IMG/VR virus record: IMGVR_UViG_3300020570_000507
Location: 1-28,613 of that record
From: a virus
Lineage: Duplodnaviria; Caudoviricetes
DNA: 28,613 nucleotides
Direction: 5' to 3' (one strand)
Positions 8,392 through 16,240 of the stretch are shown piece after piece. Position 1 is the first letter of the stretch. Every line of letters begins with the position of its first letter. The notes below the pieces were generated by a model. That model had not been told where the DNA came from. It made no database searches and was given only the letters and a program-made list of their open reading frames with translations. Made by a program: the position numbers and the translations under genes.

Positions 8392-8610
8392 TTAAGAAAT
8401 CACGAGAACACTAAGGTTAACTCTAGAAAAAGACCAATAATCGTTGTGTTTGTCTGTGAGGTATTCGGTATCTAGATCACGCGAAACAAGATCAGCCGGA
8501 AAAACGGAAGCGGTTTCTAATTCTAAATCTAAACATGGCTCAAAATATGTCCCCGCGCCACACACAACCTTCATATCTGCTGGGAGTTCTTTTAATTCTT
8601 TAACTGTCAT
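8392..8610 (-). CDS. hypothetical protein
   Basis: Likely start MTVKELKELP at 8610 (GGAGG upstream, ATGA overlap). Confidence 0.65.
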   Translation of the reverse strand: MTVKELKELPADMKVVCGAGTYFEPCLDLELETASVFPADLVSRDLDTEYLTDKHNDYWSFSRVNLSVLVIS

Positions 8611-9185
8611 TTTGCCTCCAACCATTTTTCTAATTTTGGATAATTCGTAAATTGAATATCTACAATGTCGAGACAGATATTATAGCTCCCGACAGACCTT
8701 GGAAGATATGTTCCGTCTGAAGTATAATCATTAGAAAACAAGATAGTTTCATCGTGATGCCCACCATAAGAATCGTCAGATTTAGATTCTACTGAAGAGT
8801 ATTGAAAACTAAACGAACCCACCTTAGGATTATAGTAAATTACACCTGTTTTTGTGCCACCATCGCGAAATCTGACCATTATTCTTTGATTTAAAAAGTC
8901 TTTAAGATCAAATTTTGGTTTAGGGTTCTCTAAGATTTTTCCAACTCTTTGATACTCCACATTATTAATCATAATAAAGTCGTCTTCAATTGGATGTGGT
9001 AGCGTAATTTTGGCCATTTTAGATTTCTCTACGGGTTGGCCCGCATTATCATAACGATCAAGAATATCCTCAATGCGCTTCTTTGTTGCAGGACCAAAAT
9101 AAACCACATTTCCTGGATGTTCATCTATAGAACGTCGTATATGTCTAAGAACATTTGCAAGTTCTTCTGAGATTTCGTCTGACAT
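8607..9185 (-). CDS. hypothetical modular protein
   Basis: 192 aa; C-terminal half resembles the N-terminus of the 9187-9690 product. Confidence 0.7.
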   Translation of the reverse strand: MSDEISEELANVLRHIRRSIDEHPGNVVYFGPATKKRIEDILDRYDNAGQPVEKSKMAKITLPHPIEDDFIMINNVEYQRVGKILENPKPKFDLKDFLNQRIMVRFRDGGTKTGVIYYNPKVGSFSFQYSSVESKSDDSYGGHHDETILFSNDYTSDGTYLPRSVGSYNICLDIVDIQFTNYPKLEKWLEAK

Positions 9186-9186
9186 T

Positions 9187-9690
9187 TCAGTTCTCCATCA
9201 CTGTAATTTCTTGAGTATAACATTCTTCGCACTCAAAATTATCACGAAGACTATCAGTGTCAGAATAATACTCTACATAACCACTTTCCGTTGGCTCTTC
9301 GTCCCATTCTTCACAATGCTCAAAATAATCTTCTGGAGTGAAAATAACAGTGCGAGTGATTTTTACCGTTTTTAGTTTGGGATAGTTCTTCTCTTCTCTC
9401 TTAAGGCGATCAATCTCCTTTTGTAATTCTACAACTTGTTTTTCTAGTTGTTCGTATTTTTTCATGGGTTTAATTTCTTCAATGTGGATTATGTCTAGTT
9501 CAGGGAATCGTGGCCATTCACTGGGGCAGCCTTTTCTCGTAAAATATCTTTCTTTGACTCCAACCCAAGAAAGCTTATATGGAAAAGTATGCCGACCACC
9601 AGGAGTGAACTTAACCTCAACGTCTCTGACATCATTATTGCCGAAGGTCACTCGGACTTTCTTATCAATAAACTGTGAAAGATCAATCAT
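9187..9690 (-). CDS. hypothetical protein with central coiled coil
   Basis: 167 aa; first gene after an early promoter. Confidence 0.75.
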   Translation of the reverse strand: MIDLSQFIDKKVRVTFGNNDVRDVEVKFTPGGRHTFPYKLSWVGVKERYFTRKGCPSEWPRFPELDIIHIEEIKPMKKYEQLEKQVVELQKEIDRLKREEKNYPKLKTVKITRTVIFTPEDYFEHCEEWDEEPTESGYVEYYSDTDSLRDNFECEECYTQEITVMEN

Positions 9691-9712
9691 AGGGTTTGGG
9701 TGTATGGTTTTT

Positions 9713-9757
9713 ATTATAGGTCATTCTATGTGGCTGTGGTATTCTCGTGTGACAGTT
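9713..9757 (-). promoter_or_regulatory. early promoter motif copy
   Basis: AACTGTCACAC-28 nt-TATAAT. Confidence 0.75.
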
Positions 9758-10122
9758 CAGACTGCGGCTTCTCGTTTAAGACGCGCAACTTCAGATGGCA
9801 CATTGAGCAACCATAGTAATTTTTTGGGATCATGTAATCTATCAGACATGTATCTCAAATCGGATTCAATCTTTTCCAAACTTTTATAACCGTAAGATTC
9901 ATATGGATTGGGAATTTCATAACCCACATAAGAAATCCGTAACTTCTTTTTTTCCTCTCTACATAAACAGCGAATTACGCTAGAAACCTCAATGATGCCT
10001 CTACAAATTTCATCAAGATTAAATTCACCTTTTTCCAGGTAATTTTTAAAGACTTTGGAATATACAAGAGAATACCAGATCTGTATTTTCTCTTTAATTC
10101 TTTTCTTAGTAGACCGTTTCAT
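9757..10122 (-). CDS. hypothetical protein
   Basis: 121-aa coupled ORF. Confidence 0.65.
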   Translation of the reverse strand: MKRSTKKRIKEKIQIWYSLVYSKVFKNYLEKGEFNLDEICRGIIEVSSVIRCLCREEKKKLRISYVGYEIPNPYESYGYKSLEKIESDLRYMSDRLHDPKKLLWLLNVPSEVARLKREAAV

Positions 10123-10679
10123 AATGTGTTTTTCGTATCATTTGAATTGTTTTCTTCCCATTCAATAACGGCTTTGTGATACAAATTCACTGCATCTCTG
10201 AGGACTTCTGCTTTGCTTCGGTGCGTACGTTTGGCAAGATCGTTTACGGTAGTGACAAAACCATCTTCGGTGGGTAGATTGTTTTCATTGATCCCAAGAA
10301 CTGCCATAGCTCGGTTGACTTCATCTTCTTCTAAATCATCAGGAATCATTGCAGCAAGCCTTTTGTCATCGTCAAGGTCTGGTGGATCAGCAAACTCTCC
10401 CCGTTGAGCTTGCTCTAGACCACGCTTAACCGAAGCGAGAGCTTCTTTGTTCTTGAATAACCATGCTTCAGACGGTGGATATGGTAACAGGGACGATGGA
10501 TCTCCGGTGTAGTCACCAACAGCGGCTTTAGACGGCACGCTAAGCACGTCTGCCCGAGCATCAAGACAGTCGCAAACTACATAAAGCACAGCACAAAGAT
10601 CGCGCAGTTTTTGTACTTCTGCCAAAGCGGCGCCTCCACGACAACGGCTGGTGAATAGGAAGGCAAGTAGGCGTTTCAT
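10119..10679 (-). CDS. chimeric protein with C-terminal ribbon-helix-helix (CopG-like) domain
   Basis: VNDLAKRTHRSKAEVLRDAVNLY matches the RHH helices; GC-rich N-terminal part. Confidence 0.65.
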   Translation of the reverse strand: MKRLLAFLFTSRCRGGAALAEVQKLRDLCAVLYVVCDCLDARADVLSVPSKAAVGDYTGDPSSLLPYPPSEAWLFKNKEALASVKRGLEQAQRGEFADPPDLDDDKRLAAMIPDDLEEDEVNRAMAVLGINENNLPTEDGFVTTVNDLAKRTHRSKAEVLRDAVNLYHKAVIEWEENNSNDTKNTL

Positions 10680-10710
10680 AATCAGTTGAGTTTGTTGGAA
10701 AAGACTAGGA

Positions 10711-10899
10711 TTACTTGTTTATCAGGTAACTAAACATAAATGAGATAAAGCATACCCAAGCATTAAACGGATCGGTGAAAGCCAAATAAACGACTACTGC
10801 GGCCCATAGCACTACAAGGCCATTGGCTACAATGGCGTGAACTACTCTTTTTGGAGTGATGTAAGGATTGGATGGGTCAAAGCCAAAGAAGTTTTTCAT
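10711..10899 (-). CDS. small membrane protein
   Basis: 62 aa with two hydrophobic stretches. Confidence 0.65.
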   Translation of the reverse strand: MKNFFGFDPSNPYITPKRVVHAIVANGLVVLWAAVVVYLAFTDPFNAWVCFISFMFSYLINK

Positions 10900-11141
10900 G
10901 GTTGGGTAATATCAGTTGGAATTTCAATTAGAGCATCAAATTCCTCAGTAAGGCGGTACGGATTGCAGTTTGACATAGCATTACAACATCTACGAACGCT
11001 CTCAACAAGCGGGCCAGTTAAATTGCGGGTAAAACAATGATAGCCTAATGTTTTATATGCTAAACTGGGCTCCTGTGTGAGAAAATCCCCAAAGTGTAGG
11101 GCATGGAACAATCGCTGTTCTTTTTCTGAGTATTTAATCAT
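10896..11141 (-). CDS. hypothetical protein
   Basis: 81-aa coupled ORF. Confidence 0.65.
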   Translation of the reverse strand: MIKYSEKEQRLFHALHFGDFLTQEPSLAYKTLGYHCFTRNLTGPLVESVRRCCNAMSNCNPYRLTEEFDALIEIPTDITQP

Positions 11142-11310
11142 TATCGGATTTTTTCAATTTTAGCGGTGGTTTGCCCCTAGGTTTATTTCGGTTTTCATAA
11201 ACATGTCCACCCAACCAGAAGACTCCCGGTGCAATTTCAAGCTCTCGAGTGAATAAGAACTTTATATACTTTATCATCACCACCTTAAATGTGTAAAATA
11301 CATTCTTCAT
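11134..11310 (-). CDS. small hypothetical protein, 58 aa (not in ORF track)
   Basis: MKNVFYTFKVVMIKYIKFLFTRELEIAPGVFWLGGHVYENRNKPRGKPPLKLKKSDND. Confidence 0.55.
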   Translation of the reverse strand: MKNVFYTFKVVMIKYIKFLFTRELEIAPGVFWLGGHVYENRNKPRGKPPLKLKKSDND

Positions 11311-11329
11311 AAGTAAATACCAAGACTAT

Positions 11330-11464
11330 TTAATTGCCCGAAAGTTTGAGCATTACCGCGAAAATAAGATAGGACAGCCCGATAAGACTTGCAAGAATCC
11401 GACTTGGGCATCCTCTTGCTACCCAGATATGACCGATAATTAAAAACAATTGAAATGAAGTCAT
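11330..11464 (-). CDS. small membrane protein, 44 aa (not in ORF track)
   Basis: MTSFQLFLIIGHIWVARGCPSRILASLIGLSYLIFAVMLKLSGN; ATGA overlap. Confidence 0.6.
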   Translation of the reverse strand: MTSFQLFLIIGHIWVARGCPSRILASLIGLSYLIFAVMLKLSGN

Positions 11465-11703
11465 TTTCCCTCCAAAATGTTTAGGTGTCGTTTAATTTCG
11501 TCTCTGGCCGAGGTGAGCATCATAATTTCATCTTCAATGATTTCTAAGATCTCGCTACCGAAATAGCTTTCGTTACATTCTAAAAACTCCTTTGCTGAAA
11601 TTTTTTGATAGGACGAAAACCAAACGTCTACTGCTGAGTGGACATCATCATTCTCATTTAAATGACGGGCAATCATCTCAAGATTAGTCTTTTTGCTACT
11701 CAT
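11461..11703 (-). CDS. hypothetical protein
   Basis: 80-aa coupled ORF. Confidence 0.7.
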   Translation of the reverse strand: MSSKKTNLEMIARHLNENDDVHSAVDVWFSSYQKISAKEFLECNESYFGSEILEIIEDEIMMLTSARDEIKRHLNILEGK

Positions 11704-11993
11704 TCTTCAGGTTCAATGGAACATGGAACGCCCTTGGATTTCAGGGCATCACAATAAAACTCGGCCATTTCAATGTCACATACTTTAATAAGACCAATTC
11801 CTGTTGTGTGAGCAGTCAACATTATTTCAATTGCCTTAGTTTGTGAAAGTTGACATACTTCCATCAGGCTCATAATAACAAGTTCTGCTGCTACTCCTTC
11901 ATCATTATGAAGAAGAACTCGTTGCTTTGGCGAATGTTTTGGAGTAGTTTGACTCTCGATGACTGTTGGTGCTTCAATGGTTTGGGTGGCCAT
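11700..11993 (-). CDS. clpS: ClpS N-end-rule adaptor
   Basis: RVLLHNDE..AIEIMLTAHTTGIGLI..EMAEFY..L..SIEPEE; cyanobacterial-like. Confidence 0.9.
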   Translation of the reverse strand: MATQTIEAPTVIESQTTPKHSPKQRVLLHNDEGVAAELVIMSLMEVCQLSQTKAIEIMLTAHTTGIGLIKVCDIEMAEFYCDALKSKGVPCSIEPEE

Positions 11994-12022
11994 GGTGATT
12001 CTCTGTGTTTGAGGATGTGGAT

Positions 12023-12068
12023 AACATAGCAGGCTATGGAATGTTGCCGTCTAGATTGTGTGCCAGTT
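12023..12068 (-). promoter_or_regulatory. early promoter motif copy
   Basis: AACTGGCACAC-29 nt-TATGTT with extended TG. Confidence 0.7.
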
Positions 12069-12334
12069 TATGGATTGGTTGGCGGTGGATTTGGTTCTCG
12101 CTTTTCTAAAGTTGGTTCCAAATATTCTTTTTCTATTTTTCGCCGTTTATATAAATCATTAAGAATATCCAAATTTGCCCAATCATAAGTGGTATAGGGG
12201 CCGCCACCCATATACCACCAGAAAAATCTCATAAACTTCCGCTGCGGCCAATAATCTGTGGACCCAAATCCATTAGTCGTTTTAAGTATTCTGTAGTTTT
12301 TTAATTCGTCTTCCATTTCAGTAATAGTGTTCAA
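12068..12334 (-). CDS. hypothetical protein
   Basis: 88-aa coupled ORF. Confidence 0.7.
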   Translation of the reverse strand: MNTITEMEDELKNYRILKTTNGFGSTDYWPQRKFMRFFWWYMGGGPYTTYDWANLDILNDLYKRRKIEKEYLEPTLEKREPNPPPTNP

Positions 12335-13113
12335 TAGGTAAAGTCATTTAAAGACAATTCACATTCTGGCTCCCATTTTTCCACAACAGTCCGAATAATT
12401 GGTTCAGTTGGGCGAAACTTTTCAGGAATATCCAAATCTTCTGGATTTACCAGCCGTCGTTGTCTTCTTACAAAAGTTCCATTGGTAAAAAACTTAGGAA
12501 GATTCTCCCATGGATTTCCTTTTTCTGTTAGCATTCTCTCCATTTCCTGGCAGGTTTTATTCTGTAGAGTCTTATGCGAGAAAAAATGCCGAGCATACAT
12601 TGAAACCGAGTTTTTCTGTGCATCCCGTTGTCTCCATGAGAAGTTCAAATAAACTTGTTCAAGGTCTGGAACATTCCAAACTCTAGCATCAAAGCTAGGA
12701 AAGTAACCTACTTTTTCTGGCAAGAAATCTGGAAGTCTTCCACAAAAATAAGATGATGCAGATCCGGCTAAAATTGATGTGAGTTTTTGAAATTTTCCAC
12801 CAAACCAAAACTCTCGGTTAGAAAAGTTTTCCTTATCCAAATACCAATAGAGAGTGATTTCATCAGACTGACAATAACCTAATTGGGCTTCACTCTTGTC
12901 AACGAGAAACTTTGTTGTTTCAATCATTAGATCGACAAATCTTTCATCAAACGGGCGTTTGAGACCCTTGGTGAAAGAGCTAAAACAATTACCATCAATG
13001 CGGGCCATGAGTGGTAGAAATGGATCTGCTTTCCGGCCAGCTTCAATCTGCTCTTGTGCTTTCAATAAATCACCAAGTTTATCTTTGCTGTATTTGGGTT
13101 CGGTCATTTTCAT
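12331..13113 (-). CDS. Thg1-like protein (tRNA-His guanylyltransferase / 3'-5' polymerase family)
   Basis: ARIDGNCFSSFT, RPFD, GYCQSDEIT, FGGKFQKL, FDAR, WRQRDAQKNS. Confidence 0.92.
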   Translation of the reverse strand: MKMTEPKYSKDKLGDLLKAQEQIEAGRKADPFLPLMARIDGNCFSSFTKGLKRPFDERFVDLMIETTKFLVDKSEAQLGYCQSDEITLYWYLDKENFSNREFWFGGKFQKLTSILAGSASSYFCGRLPDFLPEKVGYFPSFDARVWNVPDLEQVYLNFSWRQRDAQKNSVSMYARHFFSHKTLQNKTCQEMERMLTEKGNPWENLPKFFTNGTFVRRQRRLVNPEDLDIPEKFRPTEPIIRTVVEKWEPECELSLNDFTY

Positions 13114-13128
13114 TTTGTTTATAAACCT

Positions 13129-13185
13129 AACATAACACCATTTTCAGTTGAACAAGATTTATTGTGCCACTTTATCAAGTGTTTC
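13129..13185 (-). promoter_or_regulatory. early promoter motif copy
   Basis: AAGTGGCACAA-27 nt-TATGTT. Confidence 0.65.
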
Positions 13186-13341
13186 ATAAAACTCATAGGC
13201 TCTTACCGTTTGAATGACTTCTTTTGTTGCGTTTGGATTCCGTTCAACTCTCCGGCGAACATAAGAATTCTCATCTCGGGCAAGAATTGTTAGAGTTTCG
13301 GGTGGTGTGTTGCGGTTTTGTGCAATATCTACGTTGTTCAT
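13159..13341 (-). CDS. minimal LRV-repeat protein (one repeat plus C-cap)
   Basis: NRNTPPETLTILARDENSYVRRRVERNPNATKEVIQTVRAYEFY. Confidence 0.75.
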   Translation of the reverse strand: MNNVDIAQNRNTPPETLTILARDENSYVRRRVERNPNATKEVIQTVRAYEFYETLDKVAQ

Positions 13342-13718
13342 AGCTCTAAATTCTCCTTATAAAACTCATAGGCTCTTACAGTTTGAATGACTTCTCGGGA
13401 TGCGTTTGGATTCCGTTCAACCGCTCTACGAACATTACAACTCTCATCTCGGGCAAGAACAATTAAAATTTCTGGAGTAGCATTAATATTACATGCAACA
13501 CACCAGCGAGTTATTGAGCACGTTACGCTAGCATGTTCCTTTAATAATTTTATGGATTTAGTCTTGTCAGCAATAACCCAAGGTGGTTCCCAACACACTC
13601 CACTCCGAGTTGATTTCATTATTCTTTCAACTTCTCTTTCAAGATTTTTCACAATATCTTTAGCTGTTGGAGATTCCCACTTATTTTCTTTAGTGTAGTC
13701 ATTTAATAAAGATTCCAT
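13338..13718 (-). CDS. LRV-repeat protein with unrelated N-terminus
   Basis: VACNINATPEILIVLARDESCNVRRAVERNPNASREVIQTVRAYEFY. Confidence 0.75.
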   Translation of the reverse strand: MESLLNDYTKENKWESPTAKDIVKNLEREVERIMKSTRSGVCWEPPWVIADKTKSIKLLKEHASVTCSITRWCVACNINATPEILIVLARDESCNVRRAVERNPNASREVIQTVRAYEFYKENLEL

Positions 13719-13801
13719 AAGTTTTCATAAAGGACTTTCTTGTATTCAATATCCATATCTTTCTGGCTTTTTATAAAATCTATTAGAGTATCTGTTACCA
13801 C
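13703..13801 (-). CDS. small hypothetical protein, 32 aa (GTG start, not in ORF track)
   Basis: MVTDTLIDFIKSQKDMDIEYKKVLYENLWNLY fills the intergenic gap. Confidence 0.5.
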   Translation of the reverse strand: MVTDTLIDFIKSQKDMDIEYKKVLYENLWNLY

Positions 13802-13804
13802 TTT

Positions 13805-14044
13805 TTATCTAACCACATAGCTATCTTCAAATGAAAATGGCAGATCTCCTACAACATCAAACATAACTGAGTTCCATTGACCAATAACATCTTCTAGTTT
13901 AAGTGACGTATGACATCTACCCATTGTGCCGCCAACAACTTTATATTTTTTCCCGATAATTAGGGTTTGATTTGCTCGTTCATTCTCATGTGGATAACCA
14001 TTTTTACCGGTAAAGGTGGCATAGCACGTTTTATCATTTTCCAT
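13805..14044 (-). CDS. hypothetical protein
   Basis: Likely start MENDK at 14044; FTGKNGY..WNSVMF pattern. Confidence 0.7.
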   Translation of the reverse strand: MENDKTCYATFTGKNGYPHENERANQTLIIGKKYKVVGGTMGRCHTSLKLEDVIGQWNSVMFDVVGDLPFSFEDSYVVR

Positions 14045-14240
14045 TATAGTAAATTTCCTCTTCATATGATATGGGATCAAAATTCAAATAATGCCAAAAT
14101 TCCCAATACATCTCGTTGGGCGTTTCGGTCAGATGATACCACCACTCCCATCTATTGTCTAAAATTTGACGCCAACCAGTGGCAAGTTTTTCAAAAAAGT
14201 TCATTGGTCTTTTATAGATTCCAATTTTATTGTAGTTCAT
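14034..14240 (-). CDS. hypothetical protein (Trp-rich)
   Basis: Start MNYNK at 14240 by ATGA coupling. Confidence 0.65.
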   Translation of the reverse strand: MNYNKIGIYKRPMNFFEKLATGWRQILDNRWEWWYHLTETPNEMYWEFWHYLNFDPISYEEEIYYNGK

Positions 14241-14383
14241 TTTCTTATGATACAATGACGTGGTGAGAGTAAATTATAAGCATTCAATGAAACCACAAAA
14301 CTTGTAGTCATTACCGGGACTATAAGAAATGAAACAAGTAGAAAGCCTGAAGCATATAGGGCATGTTGTTTGAAATTATTCAT
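14237..14383 (-). CDS. small membrane protein, 48 aa (not in ORF track)
   Basis: MNNFKQHALYASGFLLVSFLIVPVMTTSFVVSLNAYNLLSPRHCIIRK. Confidence 0.55.
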   Translation of the reverse strand: MNNFKQHALYASGFLLVSFLIVPVMTTSFVVSLNAYNLLSPRHCIIRK

Positions 14384-14384
14384 T

Positions 14385-14447
14385 TTAGTTACTTATCATC
14401 GCAAGAATTTCCACACCTTTATAAACGGGACATACTAGATTATTCAT
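14385..14447 (-). CDS. possible 20-aa micro-ORF
   Basis: MNNLVCPVYKGVEILAMISN bridges two coupled ORFs. Confidence 0.3.
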   Translation of the reverse strand: MNNLVCPVYKGVEILAMISN

Positions 14448-14601
14448 AATTATCAGCTTCTTGTTCTAATCTATTAGAACATCCAGTAATATCATTTTCA
14501 TCTAACCATTTAGCAATCTCACGGATAGCATCTCTAGCATACCTATCATCATAACCAACACGCTATCTAACTCTGGCTACCAGTGTTTTTTCTTCAGTCA
14601 T
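14440..14601 (-). pseudogene. 53-codon ORF interrupted by an in-frame TAG
   Basis: MTEEKTLVARVR*RVGYDDRYARDAIREIAKWLDENDITGCSNRLEQEADNYE; TAG at 14563-14565. Confidence 0.6.
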
Positions 14602-14714
14602 AATAATACCAAAATCATTCCAAAGATGGATCCTAACATAAAACCAGTGGCAACATTTGTGGGTACTATAAAACTTATCCCCAAAACAACTAGCCAAAAT
14701 AGGAGCATTTTCAT
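14598..14714 (-). CDS. small membrane protein, 38 aa (not in ORF track)
   Basis: MKMLLFWLVVLGISFIVPTNVATGFMLGSIFGMILVLL. Confidence 0.6.
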   Translation of the reverse strand: MKMLLFWLVVLGISFIVPTNVATGFMLGSIFGMILVLL

Positions 14715-14843
14715 TTAATTTCCCACAAAATATGGTAAATCTCTTTCCCAGGGTTCCGGTTGAGATGCTCTGGGAAAGAGTTTTCGGAGTTCTTGCAATA
14801 CTTGAATAAGTTCTCTTAAACTTTGAATTTGTTCTTTAGTCAT
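14715..14843 (-). CDS. small hypothetical protein, 42 aa (not in ORF track)
   Basis: MTKEQIQSLRELIQVLQELRKLFPRASQPEPWERDLPYFVGN. Confidence 0.6.
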   Translation of the reverse strand: MTKEQIQSLRELIQVLQELRKLFPRASQPEPWERDLPYFVGN

Positions 14844-15007
14844 TTCAGTTTCTTTAGAATTTGTTTGTAGTAATTTACTGTTTGCTTATGATGAGTAATT
14901 GAAAATCCCAAACCAGATTGAACCAAACGAATTTCATTTTCCCATAACTCAATCATCATCTCACATAGGTCTTTGTGGGTGATTTTGTCTTCCTGTTCTT
15001 CAGTCAT
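14840..15007 (-). CDS. small hypothetical protein, 55 aa (not in ORF track)
   Basis: MTEEQEDKITHKDLCEMMIELWENEIRLVQSGLGFSITHHKQTVNYYKQILKKLK. Confidence 0.65.
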   Translation of the reverse strand: MTEEQEDKITHKDLCEMMIELWENEIRLVQSGLGFSITHHKQTVNYYKQILKKLK

Positions 15008-15159
15008 TTCACACACTCAAGTCTATACGATTTTCCTATAGTTTCACCAACCAAAAAACCCCCAGACTTCTCACATTTCACTTTAGCATTATAGGAAAGA
15101 AAAAACAAGAGTGTTACGAGTGTAATAGCATAGATACCCCAAAATAAGAGCATTTTCAT
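15004..15159 (-). CDS. small membrane-anchored protein, 51 aa (not in ORF track)
   Basis: MKMLLFWGIYAITLVTLLFFLSYNAKVKCEKSGGFLVGETIGKSYRLECVK. Confidence 0.65.
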   Translation of the reverse strand: MKMLLFWGIYAITLVTLLFFLSYNAKVKCEKSGGFLVGETIGKSYRLECVK

Positions 15160-15360
15160 TTAATAAATGCTCCCGTCTTGTCCAGGAGCATTACTTCCAG
15201 AACATTCTAACGCATGATTCGAGGCTTTTGGGCATCTTTTATTTTTACAGTCAGGACACAGAACCATATGAAACAAATGATGATAACCGGTAGCCTCCTT
15301 GCAACAATTATTACACCAACATTTTAGGTTACTCTGTTGGTGGTAAAGAGTTTCAATCAT
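15160..15360 (-). CDS. Cys-rich small phage protein
   Basis: CWCNNC..MVLCPDCKNKRCPKASNHALECSGSN. Confidence 0.75.
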   Translation of the reverse strand: MIETLYHQQSNLKCWCNNCCKEATGYHHLFHMVLCPDCKNKRCPKASNHALECSGSNAPGQDGSIY

Positions 15361-15613
15361 TTTTCATCTCCCTATACTTAAGTGCAAAGTGTTCGTAAAT
15401 GCTCATAACAATCTTTTCCATAAAGTCAACATGATACCATATGGGAATTTTTAGATAAGAGCAAAAAGTCTGTCCATTCGTTCTTAACAAACAGTCTCCA
15501 ATGGAACCAGTATTCTTCCATCTTATATAATCATCAACCATTTCCCATAGACTTTCTTCGTGTCCATTATCTACAAAGTTTTTTACAAACTCTTCAACGT
15601 TTGTGTATTTCAT
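15353..15613 (-). CDS. hypothetical protein
   Basis: 86-aa ORF with a GAAGGA RBS. Confidence 0.7.
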   Translation of the reverse strand: MKYTNVEEFVKNFVDNGHEESLWEMVDDYIRWKNTGSIGDCLLRTNGQTFCSYLKIPIWYHVDFMEKIVMSIYEHFALKYREMKND

Positions 15614-15656
15614 TTAAATTTCCTTCAAGTTTTAATTGCAGTGAGCGGGCAGTTGT

Positions 15657-15917
15657 TCAAGTGACTTCAACCCAATGAATGACAACTTCAGGTCTAGGTT
15701 CAAGATATATTTCGGAAGCCGCTAAAATAGAAAAAGTTTCTCTGATTTTTGCATTTGTATATGTTCTATCCATATAAAACTGACCATGATACTGACCTTT
15801 CCACCATTCAGATGGTATCTTGTTAAGGTATTGTTTAACGTGCCACGTATCATCCGAAATTTGCGTGCCTTTGTACCTATTACCATCGGGACCTTCTAAT
15901 AGTAAAATATTAGTCAT
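15657..15917 (-). CDS. hypothetical protein
   Basis: 86-aa coupled ORF. Confidence 0.7.
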   Translation of the reverse strand: MTNILLLEGPDGNRYKGTQISDDTWHVKQYLNKIPSEWWKGQYHGQFYMDRTYTNAKIRETFSILAASEIYLEPRPEVVIHWVEVT

Positions 15918-16240
15918 TATATCTCATCCGGCTTCCCGTACTTTAAAATCATTTTGAGTGTGGTTAAAGGAGTCATAACATCTGCAATTTTATAAGGTCT
16001 TAGAAGCTCTTCGATTTCTTCATATTTTTGCTTGTAATTGATCCCCAAATCCACTTTCTCTTCAATAAGTGCATCATGTATCGTACATAAAGCTGAATAT
16101 GTATCTGGAACCCAATTTAAGTTACTCCTTCCATACATATGTTGAAATCGTCTAACCTCATCCACGGTTAAAGAAAATTTAAAGTGATACCATGGGTACA
16201 AATCATGTACACCCGTTTCGAGATAATAATCAAATTTCAT
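15917..16240 (-). CDS. hypothetical protein
   Basis: 107-aa coupled ORF. Confidence 0.7.
   Translation of the reverse strand: MKFDYYLETGVHDLYPWYHFKFSLTVDEVRRFQHMYGRSNLNWVPDTYSALCTIHDALIEEKVDLGINYKQKYEEIEELLRPYKIADVMTPLTTLKMILKYGKPDEI

Noticed and set aside
2949-13718. Diversity-generating retroelement explaining the LRV variation
   Set aside because: No reverse transcriptase or non-coding template repeat in the window, and no copy can serve as an adenine-only template (for example TGG/TGT/CGG). A template elsewhere in the genome cannot be excluded.
14563-14565. Genome-wide TAG recoding
   Set aside because: TAG ends other genes at sensible boundaries (2498, 5867, 17356, 20555, 22087), and no long gene is fragmented.
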